DNA of 64,000 nucleotides from an uncultured Candidatus Saccharibacteria bacterium (GCA_965231075.1 OZ246412.1:321587-385586); one strand, 5' to 3'; shown: positions 8,043-18,066, counted from the first letter of the stretch. A program made the numbers and translations. Notes: a model not told the origin generated them from the letters alone.

Positions 8043-9503
8043 TCCACAGGTTCCCCTACGGATGCCTTGTTATGACTTCACCCTAGTCACCGAATTTACC
8101 TTAGGACTCTGAAATCAGAGCACGTCAGGTACTCCCGGCTTCTCTGGTGTGACAGGCGGTGAGTACAAAGCTTGAGAACGTATTCACCGCAGCGTAGCTG
8201 ATCTGCGATTACTAGCGATTCCGGCTTCATGGGGTCGAATTGCAGACCCCAATCCGAACTGGGGCCGATTTTGATGAGATTGGCTCCATCTTACGACTTG
8301 GCGACTCATTGTATCGGCCATTGTAGCGCCTGTGTTGCCCAGGGTATCAAAGGGCCATGCTGATTTGGCGTCATCCCTACCTTCCTCCTCGTATCACGAG
8401 GCAGTCTTGTCTGACACTTATAACAGACAACAGGGGTTGCGCTTGTTACCCGAATTAACGGAGCAACTCACGCCACAAGCTGACGACAACCATGCAGCAC
8501 CTGTTCTAGTGTCCTTGTAGAAGACCCGACTTTCATCAGGCTTTCACTAGAATTTCAAACCCTGGTAAGGTTCTCCGCTTACCGTCGAATTAAACCAGAC
8601 GCTCCACCGCTTGTGCAAGCTCCCGTCTATTCCTTTGAGTTTTAGTCTTGCGACCGTACTTCCCAGGCGGAGTACTTAACGCGTTAGCTTCGTCACCTGA
8701 AGGGTCGATACTTCAGACAACTAGTACTCATAGTTTAGGGCGTGGACTACAAGGGTATCTAATCCTTTTTGCTCCCCACGCTTTCGTCTCTCAGGGTCAG
8801 AAATGCACCAGCCAAATGCCTTCGCCTTTGGTATTCCCTAAGGTATCAACGGATTTCACCCCTACTCCTTAAGTTCTATTGGCCTCTCACACTCTCTAGT
8901 CTGACCGTTTCCCCTGCAGTTTCGATGTTGAGCATCGAAATTTAACAGAAGACGTATCAAACGCCCTACAGACGCTTTACGCCCAGTAATTCCGGACAAC
9001 GCTTGGGGTACTCGTATTACCGCTGCTGCTGGCACGAGTTTAGCAACCCCTTATTCATAGAGTACACTCAAAAATTGCTCCTCTATAAAAGTACTTTACA
9101 TCCCGAAGGACTTCTTCATACACGCGGCGTCGCTCCATCAGACTTTCGTCCATTGTGGAAGATTCTCGACTGCAGCCTCCCGTAGGAGTAAGGCCCGTAT
9201 CTCAGTGCCATCGTTGGGGAACACGCTCTCACGCCCCCTACCCGTCATCGCCTTGGTAAGCCATTACCTTACCAACTAGCTGATAGGACGCAGGCCACTC
9301 TCTCACCATCTTATCTTGCGATAAGACTTTACTCTTGCGAGACCATCGGAAATTATCTTGCCTTTCGGCAAGTTATGTCCGAGTCAGAGGGATGTACCTA
9401 CGTATTACTAACTCGTTCGCCATGGGTCTAAACCCATTCGACTTGCATGCCTAATCCACGCCGCCAGCGTTCGTCCTGAGCTAGGATCAAACTCTCAATA
9501 AAG
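8043..9503 (-). rRNA. rrs: 16S rRNA, complete, about 1.46 kb
   Basis: 5' end AGAGTTTGATCCTAGCTCAGGACGAACGCTGGCGG (reverse complement at about 9470-9503). 3' end ...GTCATAACAAGGCATCCGTAGGGGAACCTGTGGATGGA (8043-8080). The 530 loop reads GTGCCAGCAGCAGCGGTAATAC (9014-9035), carrying the C-to-A change in the 515F site reported for Patescibacteria. Confidence 0.9.
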
Positions 9504-9759
9504 ATTCAGAAGTAGATTGGCCGAAACGGCCTGCCTACTTCTGATTGTATCAGAAAAACCATAAAAAATTCGATTCCTGACTAACTCACACAAACTACTG
9601 TAAATTACTTAAACATATTTAATTTATAGTGTACCTGTTTTTGATTAAAAAACAGAGCTCAATTTTTGAACATGGTTCCAAAACTAAACTCTGTTTTAAA
9701 GTACGTTTGTTGTTTTCGCTCTTTTACATAAAAATTATATTAATGATTATGTGCTTACA

Positions 9760-9788
9760 AATATATATCAGAAAAATTCACGTGTCAA
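9760..9788 (-). promoter_or_regulatory. Probable 16S promoter TTGACA-N17-TATATT
   Basis: Minus strand CCTTGACACGTGAATTTTTCTGATATATATT about 260 nt upstream of the mature 16S 5' end. Confidence 0.45.
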
Positions 9789-10405
9789 GGGTTTTTCCTC
9801 CACTCGTTTATTTTTTTGTGATCGCCGGATAAGAGGGTTTTTGGAACGGGCCATTTATTGAAAACTTCTGGTCTAGTGTAAACGGGATAACTGCCTTTGA
9901 TTTCTTCAAGTGATTCGTGTTTTCCTAAAACGCCAGGAATCAAACGACTGACTGCGTCCACAACGATCATCGCTGGAATTTCCCCGCCAGTTAAAACATA
10001 ATCACCAATCGAAACTTCTTCGTCAGCAATATGTTTTGCCACTCTTTCGTCGACTCCTTCGTATCGTCCACAAATCATAATTAAATTATCTAATTTTGAA
10101 AATCTTTTCGCCATCGCTTGATCAAACTTTTTCCCGCGAGTAGAGAAAAGAATTACCTTCGTCTTCGAACTTCGAACCTTCAACTTTTTAACCGCTTTAA
10201 AAATTGGCTCCAGCATCATAACCATTCCCGGCCCTCCACCATACGGCGTATCATCCACGGTCTTTCTTTTGTCGTCCGTAAAATCTCTCAAATTATGAAT
10301 TTTGATATTCACCAATTTCTTTTCCTGCGCACGCTTAATAATGCTCTCATTAAAATAGCTTTGAAATATATCCGGAAATATTGTTATTATATTGAACTTG
10401 ATCAT
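9785..10405 (-). CDS. trmD: tRNA (guanine37-N1)-methyltransferase
   Basis: [13 protein letters not shown] motif, SPOUT-fold length. Downstream of rpsP and the KH protein, as in the canonical operon (rimM is absent). Confidence 0.8.
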   Translation of the reverse strand: MIKFNIITIFPDIFQSYFNESIIKRAQEKKLVNIKIHNLRDFTDDKRKTVDDTPYGGGPGMVMMLEPIFKAVKKLKVRSSKTKVILFSTRGKKFDQAMAKRFSKLDNLIMICGRYEGVDERVAKHIADEEVSIGDYVLTGGEIPAMIVVDAVSRLIPGVLGKHESLEEIKGSYPVYTRPEVFNKWPVPKTLLSGDHKKINEWRKNP

Positions 10406-10577
10406 ATTAATGTATCGGTCCCGCGGAGCGGGATCCCGCTTTGCGGGAGAAAAATTGTAATAATATTGAATTTCATAATCTTATGTCGCACCCCGCAATA
10501 GCGGGGTTGTTTTTCGCTTCGCTCAAAACAAAAACCGCACTAATTATATAGTAGCACGGTTTTCGACAAGTTTCTAT

Positions 10578-10904
10578 TTAAATCTTTAAATCGTCAACGA
10601 CGCTATCAACGTCTCTTCCTTTTGGTTCCACAACTCTGCGGCCACCTTCTGGTTCTTCGATTTTAAGATTGACACGAGCATTGTTCTTGGCACCAACTAT
10701 CCTCAATAAAGTTCGAATAGCTCTTGCAGTTGAACCTCCACGACCGATTAAAGCTCCCATATCTTCTGGGTTAACCTTTAAGGTCAAGAGTACGCCCATT
10801 TCATCAACATTTCTATCAATCTTTATGTCTTTGGGATTGTTAACAATTCCTTCGACTATTGATTCAAGAAATTCCTGATCTTTTGGTTTTGACATGTTCT
10901 TCAA
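10578..10904 (-). CDS. KH-domain RNA-binding protein (YlqC/UPF0109 family)
   Basis: LIGRGGSTARAIRTLL GXXG-loop KH motif. Located between rpsP and trmD. Confidence 0.7.
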   Translation of the reverse strand: MKNMSKPKDQEFLESIVEGIVNNPKDIKIDRNVDEMGVLLTLKVNPEDMGALIGRGGSTARAIRTLLRIVGAKNNARVNLKIEEPEGGRRVVEPKGRDVDSVVDDLKI

Positions 10905-10992
10905 TGTTAAATGAATTACTTTCCTGCGACCTTTTACTTACTATATATGAATAATATTATTTTGATTTAAGGTTGTCAACTCTAACAATGGA

Positions 10993-11418
10993 TTATTTCC
11001 CGACGTTATCAGTCGGGACCCCGACCTCTTCGGGCGTCGGGGCTGTTTTTGTTTCCGTGTCAACAATTACTGGCTCTTCGGTTTTTGGTTCTTCTTTGGG
11101 AGTTTCGGCTATTGCTGTCGGTGCGACTGCTGGTTTTTCTGATTCCGCTTTCTTTTTCGGTTTCCACGCTTTCACTTTTGATTTATCAATAATTTTTTCA
11201 TCAACCAACATATTGTGTATGGTTTCTGAAAGTTGTGCGCCTTTGGAAATCCAATGTAAAATTCTTTCTTTATTAAAACTTTTTTGTTTTTGAACTTTAT
11301 TGTATGAACCTAATAATTCAAGAAATTTTCCTTGTGGTCTAAATGTGTGTTCAACCAAAACAACCCGGAAACTCGGGCTATTCTTTTTTCCAACTTTTTG
11401 TAATCGTATTTTTAACAT
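10993..11418 (-). CDS. rpsP: 30S ribosomal protein S16 with a K/E/P/T-rich C-terminal extension
   Basis: MLKIRLQKVGKKNSPSFRVVLV N-terminus. Promoter TTGTCA-N17-TATATT at 11428-11456 places the transcription start within a few nt of the ATG (leaderless). Confidence 0.85.
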   Translation of the reverse strand: MLKIRLQKVGKKNSPSFRVVLVEHTFRPQGKFLELLGSYNKVQKQKSFNKERILHWISKGAQLSETIHNMLVDEKIIDKSKVKAWKPKKKAESEKPAVAPTAIAETPKEEPKTEEPVIVDTETKTAPTPEEVGVPTDNVGK

Positions 11419-11427
11419 ATTAAAATC

Positions 11428-11456
11428 AATATAACAGATAATTAATTTTGTGACAA
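11428..11456 (-). promoter_or_regulatory. rpsP promoter giving an essentially leaderless mRNA
   Basis: -35 TTGTCA (11451-11456), -10 TATATT (11428-11433), ATG at 11418. Confidence 0.5.
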
Positions 11457-11475
11457 GTCCTACATATTCTCTAGC

Positions 11476-11577
11476 AAAAAATTTGTTTTCACTGAGACAA
11501 TTTCGGAAGCCCCGCCACGCGGGGCTGAGAATTAGCGCGCCTCTGACAATTTGCAGGGGCGACGCGTGTCGACATGG
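11476..11577. repeat. Copy A of a roughly 100-bp structured intergenic element (second copy at 40188-40287)
   Basis: TTTCACTGAGACAATTTCGGAAGCCCCGCCACGCGGGGCTGAGAATTAGCGCGCCTCTGACAATTTGCAGGGGCGACGCGTGTCGACATGG. Two hairpins plus a CGAC(A/G)CGTGTCG palindrome. About 85% identical to copy B, with compensatory stem changes. Confidence 0.7.
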
Positions 11578-11593
11578 AAATAAATTTTGAGCG

Positions 11594-12334
11594 TTATTCC
11601 CAACACTTCTTTTTTAGCGCCTTTCTGGCTGCGTCTTCCTGTGCTGCTTGTTTTGAAGGACCCTCGCCCTCAGCAACCAAACTATCTTTTAGATAAACCC
11701 CGACAACAAATTTTTTGCAATGATCGGGGCCTTCTTCGTTTCTTACTTGATAACTCGGCGTAATTCCTACCTTCCCCTGGGCTTGTTCTTGGAAATAGCT
11801 TTTTGGATCAACGTAAAGCTTTTCATCTAAAACTCTTTTTAATTCACAAACAATATTTTTTAAAATAAATTCTTCGGCTTTGTCATATCCTCGATCTAAA
11901 TAAATTGCCCCGATTGTTGCTTCTAGTGTGTTGGCCAAAATAAATTGTCTGGCGCGACCATTGTCTTGTGATTCGCCCTTAGATAAAATTAGATATTCAT
12001 TAAATTCTAATTTTGAAGCAACCTCAGAAAGCATTTTTGAATTCACCAATGCTGCTCTCCAGGCAGTTAAATCCCCTTCCGGATTTTTGGGGTATTTATT
12101 AAACAGATAATTTGTCACTACTAATTCCATTACTGCATCACCCAAAAACTCTAATCTTTCGTTTTGCTCTAGTTTGCAACCCGGATTTTCATTTAAATAA
12201 GAGCGGTGCACGAATGCCTGCTCTAATAATTTCTTGTTCTTAAATTTTATTTTAAGATTCTTTTCTAATTTTTCAAAATCTTTATTTATCATTGGTTTTC
12301 TCCATTTCTCTAAAAATTGTTCCCAAAACGCCAT
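11594..12334 (-). CDS. rnc: Ribonuclease III
   Basis: [15 protein letters not shown] signature and C-terminal dsRBD. The 5' end overlaps the nusB 3' end; the true start may be the internal Met at about 12292. Confidence 0.85.
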   Translation of the reverse strand: MAFWEQFLEKWRKPMINKDFEKLEKNLKIKFKNKKLLEQAFVHRSYLNENPGCKLEQNERLEFLGDAVMELVVTNYLFNKYPKNPEGDLTAWRAALVNSKMLSEVASKLEFNEYLILSKGESQDNGRARQFILANTLEATIGAIYLDRGYDKAEEFILKNIVCELKRVLDEKLYVDPKSYFQEQAQGKVGITPSYQVRNEEGPDHCKKFVVGVYLKDSLVAEGEGPSKQAAQEDAARKALKKKCWE

Positions 12335-12719
12335 TTACAAATCTGCCTGAACTTTCTCCGCCATAACCTTTGGCCAATTCAATTGCTTCATTAATTGCGA
12401 CTTTGGGTGGAACCTGTTGTTTGTCGCCAAATAATAATTCGTAAATTCCAATTCTTAAAACGTTTCTATCAACAATTGTAATTTGAGCTAACGGCCATTC
12501 TGGGGCTGATTTAATAATAATTTCATCAATCTGTGCTTGATGCTTTAAAACCCCGTGCGCTAGATCATTTATAAATGCTTCTTCGTTGACACCCGGACCA
12601 AACTCTTCGGCATTTCTTTTTAATGCTTCATCGATATTAATCTCTTTTTTGTCTTTATTAAAATCTATCTCGTAAAGAGACTGAAGAACTATTGACCTTG
12701 CTATGTGTCTTGATGACAT
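12282..12719 (-). CDS. nusB: Transcription antitermination factor NusB
   Basis: All-helical 145 aa; N-terminal [17 protein letters not shown] and other NusB family motifs. Confidence 0.75.
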   Translation of the reverse strand: MSSRHIARSIVLQSLYEIDFNKDKKEINIDEALKRNAEEFGPGVNEEAFINDLAHGVLKHQAQIDEIIIKSAPEWPLAQITIVDRNVLRIGIYELLFGDKQQVPPKVAINEAIELAKGYGGESSGRFVNGVLGTIFREMEKTNDK

Positions 12720-12721
12720 AA

Positions 12722-13006
12722 TTACTTTTTAGACATCGTTTCTAAATCTAACGGTTTTGATTCTTTGGCTTCGTGTTCGTGTTCCTTTAACTCTTTCTCT
12801 TTCTTCTTTTTGTCTTTCTTTTCGAGTTTGGCTAGAACATTGATCACTTCTTTTCCGTCATAAAAACCGCAAAAAGCACAAACATGATGTGGTAGAACTG
12901 GTTCTCCACACTTTGAACAACTCGCCACAGTTCTCTTTTTTAGTTTAAGATGTGATCTGCGTCGGTTGCGTCTTGATTTTGTATGTCTTTGTCTTGGTAT
13001 TGGCAT
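12722..13006 (-). CDS. rpmF: 50S ribosomal protein L32 with a Lys/Glu-rich C-terminal extension
   Basis: [19 protein letters not shown]...[25 protein letters not shown] zinc ribbon. Confidence 0.85.
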   Translation of the reverse strand: MPIPRQRHTKSRRNRRRSHLKLKKRTVASCSKCGEPVLPHHVCAFCGFYDGKEVINVLAKLEKKDKKKKEKELKEHEHEAKESKPLDLETMSKK

Positions 13007-13053
13007 ATTGGTTTTATAATATCAGAAAAAATAAATTAATGCAAATCGACATT

Positions 13054-13082
13054 TTGCCTATATCTATTTTTAGTGTTAAAAT
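13054..13082 (+). promoter_or_regulatory. dnaE promoter TTGCCT-N17-TAAAAT; the -10 lies 6 nt before the ATG (leaderless)
   Basis: -35 13054-13059, -10 13077-13082, ATG 13089. Confidence 0.45.
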
Positions 13083-13088
13083 TATTGC

Positions 13089-16000
13089 ATGGAAGAAAAA
13101 TTTACTCACCTACATGTCCATACCCATTATTCTCTTTTAGATGGACTAGCAAAAATTGACGAATTAGTGGAAAAAGCCAAGGCGACCGGAATGGATTCCT
13201 TGGCTATTACTGACCATGGCGCAATGTATGGTGTGGTTGAGTTTTATAAAAAAGCCACTGCCGCTGGAATTAAGCCAATTATTGGCGTAGAAACCTATAT
13301 TACTCCCGGAAGTCGATTCGATAAAACCATGGGCAAAGGCGATGTCCGACATCATTTGATTTTATTGGCAAGAAATAAAACTGGTTATCACAATTTAATT
13401 AAATTAGTAACCAAGTCATATCTTGAGGGATTTTATTATAAACCACGCATTGATTGGGAAATTTTAAAAGAATATCACGAAGGATTAATTGCATTAAGTG
13501 CTTGCCCACAAGGCGAAGTACCTTCGGCACTAGCATCTGATGATTTAGCGAAAGCAAAAAAAATTGCATTAGAATATTCTAAACTTTTCGGCAAGGATCA
13601 TTTCTATTTGGAGATTATGGACCACCCCAATGATTTAGAACAAGTAAGAATTAATGAGAAATTAATTCAATTAGCCAAAGAAACTAGCTTGCCACTAGTT
13701 GCCACTAATGATGTCCATTATTTAAATAAAGAGGACGCTGAAGTGCACGATGTCTTATTGTGTGTACAAATGGTTAGAACTGTCGACGAAAAAGACAGGA
13801 TGTCTATGACCAATGAAGATTATTCTTTAAAATCGCCCGATGAAATGATTCGCGCATTTAGGAATGTTCCCGAGGCTATTGCCAATACTCAAAAAATTGC
13901 CGAAATGTGCAATATTGAATTAGAGCTTGACAAAACAGAACTCCCACATTTTCCTCTTCCTGACGACCAAACTGCTGACGGATATCTAAAAGAACTATGC
14001 GAACAAGGAGTTGTTAAAAGATATCCTGTTTCGTTGTTTAAATCTGACGAGGGCAAGCAATATATTGAACAAGCCAAAAAACAATTAGAATACGAATTAA
14101 GCATAATTAAAAAAACTGGCTTTGCTTCCTATTTTTTGATTGTGCAAGATCTTGTTAATTGGGCAAAAAATCAAGGTATTGTTGTCGGTCCGGGTCGAGG
14201 TTCGGCTGCCGGTTCAATTGTTTCATATCTTCTTAATATTACCAATGTTGATCCTTTAAAATATAAACTTCTTTTTGAAAGATTTTTGAACCCTGAAAGA
14301 ATTTCTATGCCTGATATTGATATGGACTTTGCCGATATTAGACGCGATGAAGTTGTTGCCTACGTAAGCAAAAAATATGGAGCTGATCATGTTGCTCAAA
14401 TTATAACCTTTGGAACTATGGCTGCACGCGCAGCTATTCGTGACGCCGGCAGAGCACTAGGATATCCCTATGCTTTTTGTGACCAACTTTCTAAAATGAT
14501 TCCTTTTGGCTCTTCACTAAAAGAAGCTCTCGAGAGAGTGCCTGAACTTTCACAAGCCTATGATACTGACGATCAAACCAAAAAATTGCTTGATATCGCC
14601 AAAAAACTTGAGGGCGTTGCCAGGCACGCCTCCACTCATGCTTGTGGAATTGTAATCACAAAAAATTCTCTTGATTTTTATACACCGCGCCAATTTGCTC
14701 CACAAGACGAAAATGCGATTGTCACTCAATATGAAATGCATTCTATTGAATCTTTGGGGCTTTTAAAAATGGACTTTCTGGGATTAAAGAACTTAACCAC
14801 TATTGAAACCGCCCTGAATTTAATTGAAAGATTGCGTGGAATTAAAATTAATATCGATAATATTCCACTCGATGATCAAAAAGTTTTTGATTTGTTTAAA
14901 AAAGCAAACACCGTGGGAGTGTTTCAACTTGAATCATCGGGCATGAGAAAGTATTTACAAAAATTAAAGCCCAACGACCTAGAAGACATTATCGCCATGG
15001 TTGCTCTGTATCGACCCGGCCCAATGGAGCTTATTCCTGATTATATTGCTAGAAAACATGGCGAAAAAAAAGTCAAATATGCTCATCCTAAGCTAGAACC
15101 AATTTTAAAGAATACTTACGGCATTACGGTTTATCAAGAACAGTTAATGCAAATTGCTAAAGATTTGGCTGGGTTTAGCTTGTCAGAAGCCGATGTTTTA
15201 AGAAAGGCCGTAGGAAAGAAAATCAGAAAATTGCTTGAACAACAGGCCGATAAAATGATTGAAGGAATGATTAAAAATGGAGTCGACAAAGAAACCGCTC
15301 AAGGAATTTGGGATTCCATTGAACCCTTTGCTCAATATGGATTTAATCGTTCACATGCAACTTGTTATGCCTTAATCGCCTATCAAACCGCTTACCTAAA
15401 AGCAAATTACCCCGAAGAATTTATTACGGCTCTAATGCAAGCAGATCAGAAAGATTTAGATAGAATTAATATTCTTGTTGACGAAGCCAAAAAAATGAAA
15501 ATTCAGGTTTTACCCCCGGACGTTAATGAAAGTTTTGACAATTTTACACTCGTCCCACCTTCATCTATCCGTTTTGGCATGGCCGCTGTAAAAAATGTTG
15601 GCCACAACGTTGTGGCGGGAATTGTTGCCGAAAGAAAACAAAACGGAGAATACAAAAACATGGCTGATTTTCTTATTCGTTTGTCCCCCAAAGCCGGACA
15701 ATCCGCCATTATTAATAAAAAGTCTTTAGAAAGCTTAATTCGTGCGGGTGCGTTTGATGCCCTAGGCTCAAGAAAAGAATTACTAGATAAGATCGAAGAT
15801 TTGTTAGAGTTTTCCAAGGAATCGAAAAAGACCAAAAATCTCGGACAAACTAGTTTGTTTGGCGAAGAACCTGCGCCACAAAAAAATCAATTTTTATTTA
15901 CTAACGGTAATGGCGAAAAAAGAAAACTACTCCAAGAAGAAATCCAGTGGGAAAAAGATCTTCTGGGAATGTATATTTCCGACCATCCCTTAAATGATCA

Positions 16001-16316
16001 TAAGGAGTTTTTAAGACAGCGCACAATTCAAATTAAAGACTTGATAAAAGAGAAAAAAGATAGTAAAGTGAAAGTTGCGGGAGTAATTATAAAAATTACT
16101 AAATTTATTACAAAGTCGGGCAAACCGATGTTGTTTGTGAAAATCGAGGATTTAACTGCAACCGTAGAAATATTGGTTTTCGCCACAATTTTAGAAAAAA
16201 ATCCCACGATTTGGCAAGAAGGAAAAATTGTTATGGTTACCGGTCGCTTAACCGACAAAGACGACCAATTAAAAATTCTCTGTGACGATGCAGAACAATT
16301 AATAAGTCAAAGATAA
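13089..16316 (+). CDS. dnaE: DNA polymerase III alpha subunit
   Basis: PHP domain HLHVHTHYSLLDG, polymerase core, OB fold. 1075 aa. Confidence 0.9.
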   Translation: MEEKFTHLHVHTHYSLLDGLAKIDELVEKAKATGMDSLAITDHGAMYGVVEFYKKATAAGIKPIIGVETYITPGSRFDKTMGKGDVRHHLILLARNKTGYHNLIKLVTKSYLEGFYYKPRIDWEILKEYHEGLIALSACPQGEVPSALASDDLAKAKKIALEYSKLFGKDHFYLEIMDHPNDLEQVRINEKLIQLAKETSLPLVATNDVHYLNKEDAEVHDVLLCVQMVRTVDEKDRMSMTNEDYSLKSPDEMIRAFRNVPEAIANTQKIAEMCNIELELDKTELPHFPLPDDQTADGYLKELCEQGVVKRYPVSLFKSDEGKQYIEQAKKQLEYELSIIKKTGFASYFLIVQDLVNWAKNQGIVVGPGRGSAAGSIVSYLLNITNVDPLKYKLLFERFLNPERISMPDIDMDFADIRRDEVVAYVSKKYGADHVAQIITFGTMAARAAIRDAGRALGYPYAFCDQLSKMIPFGSSLKEALERVPELSQAYDTDDQTKKLLDIAKKLEGVARHASTHACGIVITKNSLDFYTPRQFAPQDENAIVTQYEMHSIESLGLLKMDFLGLKNLTTIETALNLIERLRGIKINIDNIPLDDQKVFDLFKKANTVGVFQLESSGMRKYLQKLKPNDLEDIIAMVALYRPGPMELIPDYIARKHGEKKVKYAHPKLEPILKNTYGITVYQEQLMQIAKDLAGFSLSEADVLRKAVGKKIRKLLEQQADKMIEGMIKNGVDKETAQGIWDSIEPFAQYGFNRSHATCYALIAYQTAYLKANYPEEFITALMQADQKDLDRINILVDEAKKMKIQVLPPDVNESFDNFTLVPPSSIRFGMAAVKNVGHNVVAGIVAERKQNGEYKNMADFLIRLSPKAGQSAIINKKSLESLIRAGAFDALGSRKELLDKIEDLLEFSKESKKTKNLGQTSLFGEEPAPQKNQFLFTNGNGEKRKLLQEEIQWEKDLLGMYISDHPLNDHKEFLRQRTIQIKDLIKEKKDSKVKVAGVIIKITKFITKSGKPMLFVKIEDLTATVEILVFATILEKNPTIWQEGKIVMVTGRLTDKDDQLKILCDDAEQLISQR

Positions 16317-16320
16317 TTTT

Positions 16321-18066
16321 ATGGAAAAACAAATTGAATTAATCAGACATTCACTAAGCCATGTGATGGCGAGTGCAATAAAAGACATTTTTAAAGATGT
16401 TAAATTTGGCATTGGTCCGATAATCGAAAATGGTTTTTATTACGACTTAGATATTAAGCAATCAATCACTCCTGAAGATTTACCCAAGATTGAAGCTCGG
16501 ATGAAAGAAATAATCAAACAAAACATTGAATTTAAGAAAAGCTTAAAAACGAAAGCCGATGCAAACAAGGTTTTTAAAGACCAACCATATAAATTAGAAC
16601 TGATTAAGGAATTGAAGTCGGCAAAAGCAACAATTTATGTCTCTGGTGAATTTACAGATCTCTGTGCTGGCCCCCACGTCAAATCAACCAAAGAAATCGA
16701 CCCAGAAGCATTTAAGCTCACCAAAATCGCTGGAGCGTACTGGAAAGGTAGCGAAAAAAATAAAATGCTACAAAGAATTTATGGAGTCGCATTCGAATCA
16801 AAACAAGAATTAGAAAATTACCTCAAACAACAAGAAGAGGCAGAAAAACGAGATCATCGTAAGCTTGGTAAGGATTTGGATCTGTTTACCGTTGATGATT
16901 ATATTGGACCAGGGTTGGTGTTGTGGCACCCTAAACTTTCCGTGGTTAGAGAAGAAATTGAATTATACTGGAGAAAGCAACACCGAAAGAAAGGATATCA
17001 ATATGTTTATACTCCCCACGTTGGACTTTCAAATTTATGGGAAAAGTCGGGACACCTAGAAAATTTCAGCGGAATGATGTATCCTCCAATGCAGATGTCT
17101 TTAAAAGATAAAACTGAAAATGTGGCATATTACACTAAACCGATGAATTGTCCGTTTCATATTAGAATTTATAAGTCCAAACCACGAAGTTATAAAGAAT
17201 TACCAATTCGCTGGTGCGAACTTGGTAGCGTCTACAGATATGAAGAGTCCGGTGTTTTGCATGGCATGCTTAGGGTAAGGGGTTTCACACAAGATGATGC
17301 ACATATTATTTGTACCGAAGATCAATTTGTTGAGGAGGTAAACAAAATTTTTGATTTCGCAATCGAAATTAACAAGGCTTTCGGGTTTGATAAATTAAAT
17401 GTTTATCTTTCTGTTCGTGATCTTAAAAACAAGGAAGCAAAATACATTAAGAATGAGAAAATTTGGAAATTCGCCGAACAAACCCTAGAAGACATTCTCC
17501 AAAAAAGAAAAATTATATATCAAAAAGATATTGGCGGGGCAAAATTTTACGGTCCATCAATCGATTTAAAGGCAGTTGATTCTATGGGTCGTGAATGGCA
17601 AGGCACAACAATTCAATTGGACATGAACTTACCTACTCGTTTTGGAATGACTTATATTGGTCCGGATGGCAAAGAACACACTCCGATTATGCTTCACCGA
17701 ACATTGCTTGGCTCAATGGAAAGATTTGTTGGTACGCTGATTGAACATTATGCTGGAGCATTTCCGTTTTGGTTGGCACCGGTACAAATTACAATTTTAC
17801 CCGTCGGGAAAAACCATATAGATTTTGCCAAGAAAATTCAAAACAAGTTTCAAGAACATAGTTTTCGAGTTGAGGTTGATGATTCTGACGATACTGTGGG
17901 CAAAAAAATCCGTGAAGCCGAAATGCAAAAAATCCCCTACATTATTGTGGTCGGAGACAAAGAAATGAATTCTAGTGAATTGGCCGTTCGCTCTCGAGGC
18001 CAGAAAGACATTGAAACAATTAATATTGATGAGTTTATCGAAAAAATTAAAACAGAGTTGAAATGA
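16321..18066 (+). CDS. thrS: Threonyl-tRNA synthetase, short form lacking the N-terminal TGS domain
   Basis: Class II motifs, HRKLGKDLDLF, anticodon-binding C-terminus. Confidence 0.85.
   Translation: MEKQIELIRHSLSHVMASAIKDIFKDVKFGIGPIIENGFYYDLDIKQSITPEDLPKIEARMKEIIKQNIEFKKSLKTKADANKVFKDQPYKLELIKELKSAKATIYVSGEFTDLCAGPHVKSTKEIDPEAFKLTKIAGAYWKGSEKNKMLQRIYGVAFESKQELENYLKQQEEAEKRDHRKLGKDLDLFTVDDYIGPGLVLWHPKLSVVREEIELYWRKQHRKKGYQYVYTPHVGLSNLWEKSGHLENFSGMMYPPMQMSLKDKTENVAYYTKPMNCPFHIRIYKSKPRSYKELPIRWCELGSVYRYEESGVLHGMLRVRGFTQDDAHIICTEDQFVEEVNKIFDFAIEINKAFGFDKLNVYLSVRDLKNKEAKYIKNEKIWKFAEQTLEDILQKRKIIYQKDIGGAKFYGPSIDLKAVDSMGREWQGTTIQLDMNLPTRFGMTYIGPDGKEHTPIMLHRTLLGSMERFVGTLIEHYAGAFPFWLAPVQITILPVGKNHIDFAKKIQNKFQEHSFRVEVDDSDDTVGKKIREAEMQKIPYIIVVGDKEMNSSELAVRSRGQKDIETINIDEFIEKIKTELK

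Noticed and set aside
8332-9185. ORF-track frames 8332-8520, 8648-8872 and 9003-9185 inside the 16S gene
   Set aside because: They lie entirely within a well-supported rRNA gene; rRNA-derived open frames are a known artefact.
10118-10501. 127-aa plus-strand ORF antisense to trmD
   Set aside because: Overlaps the conserved trmD, and its 3' end is simply the GC hairpin cluster.
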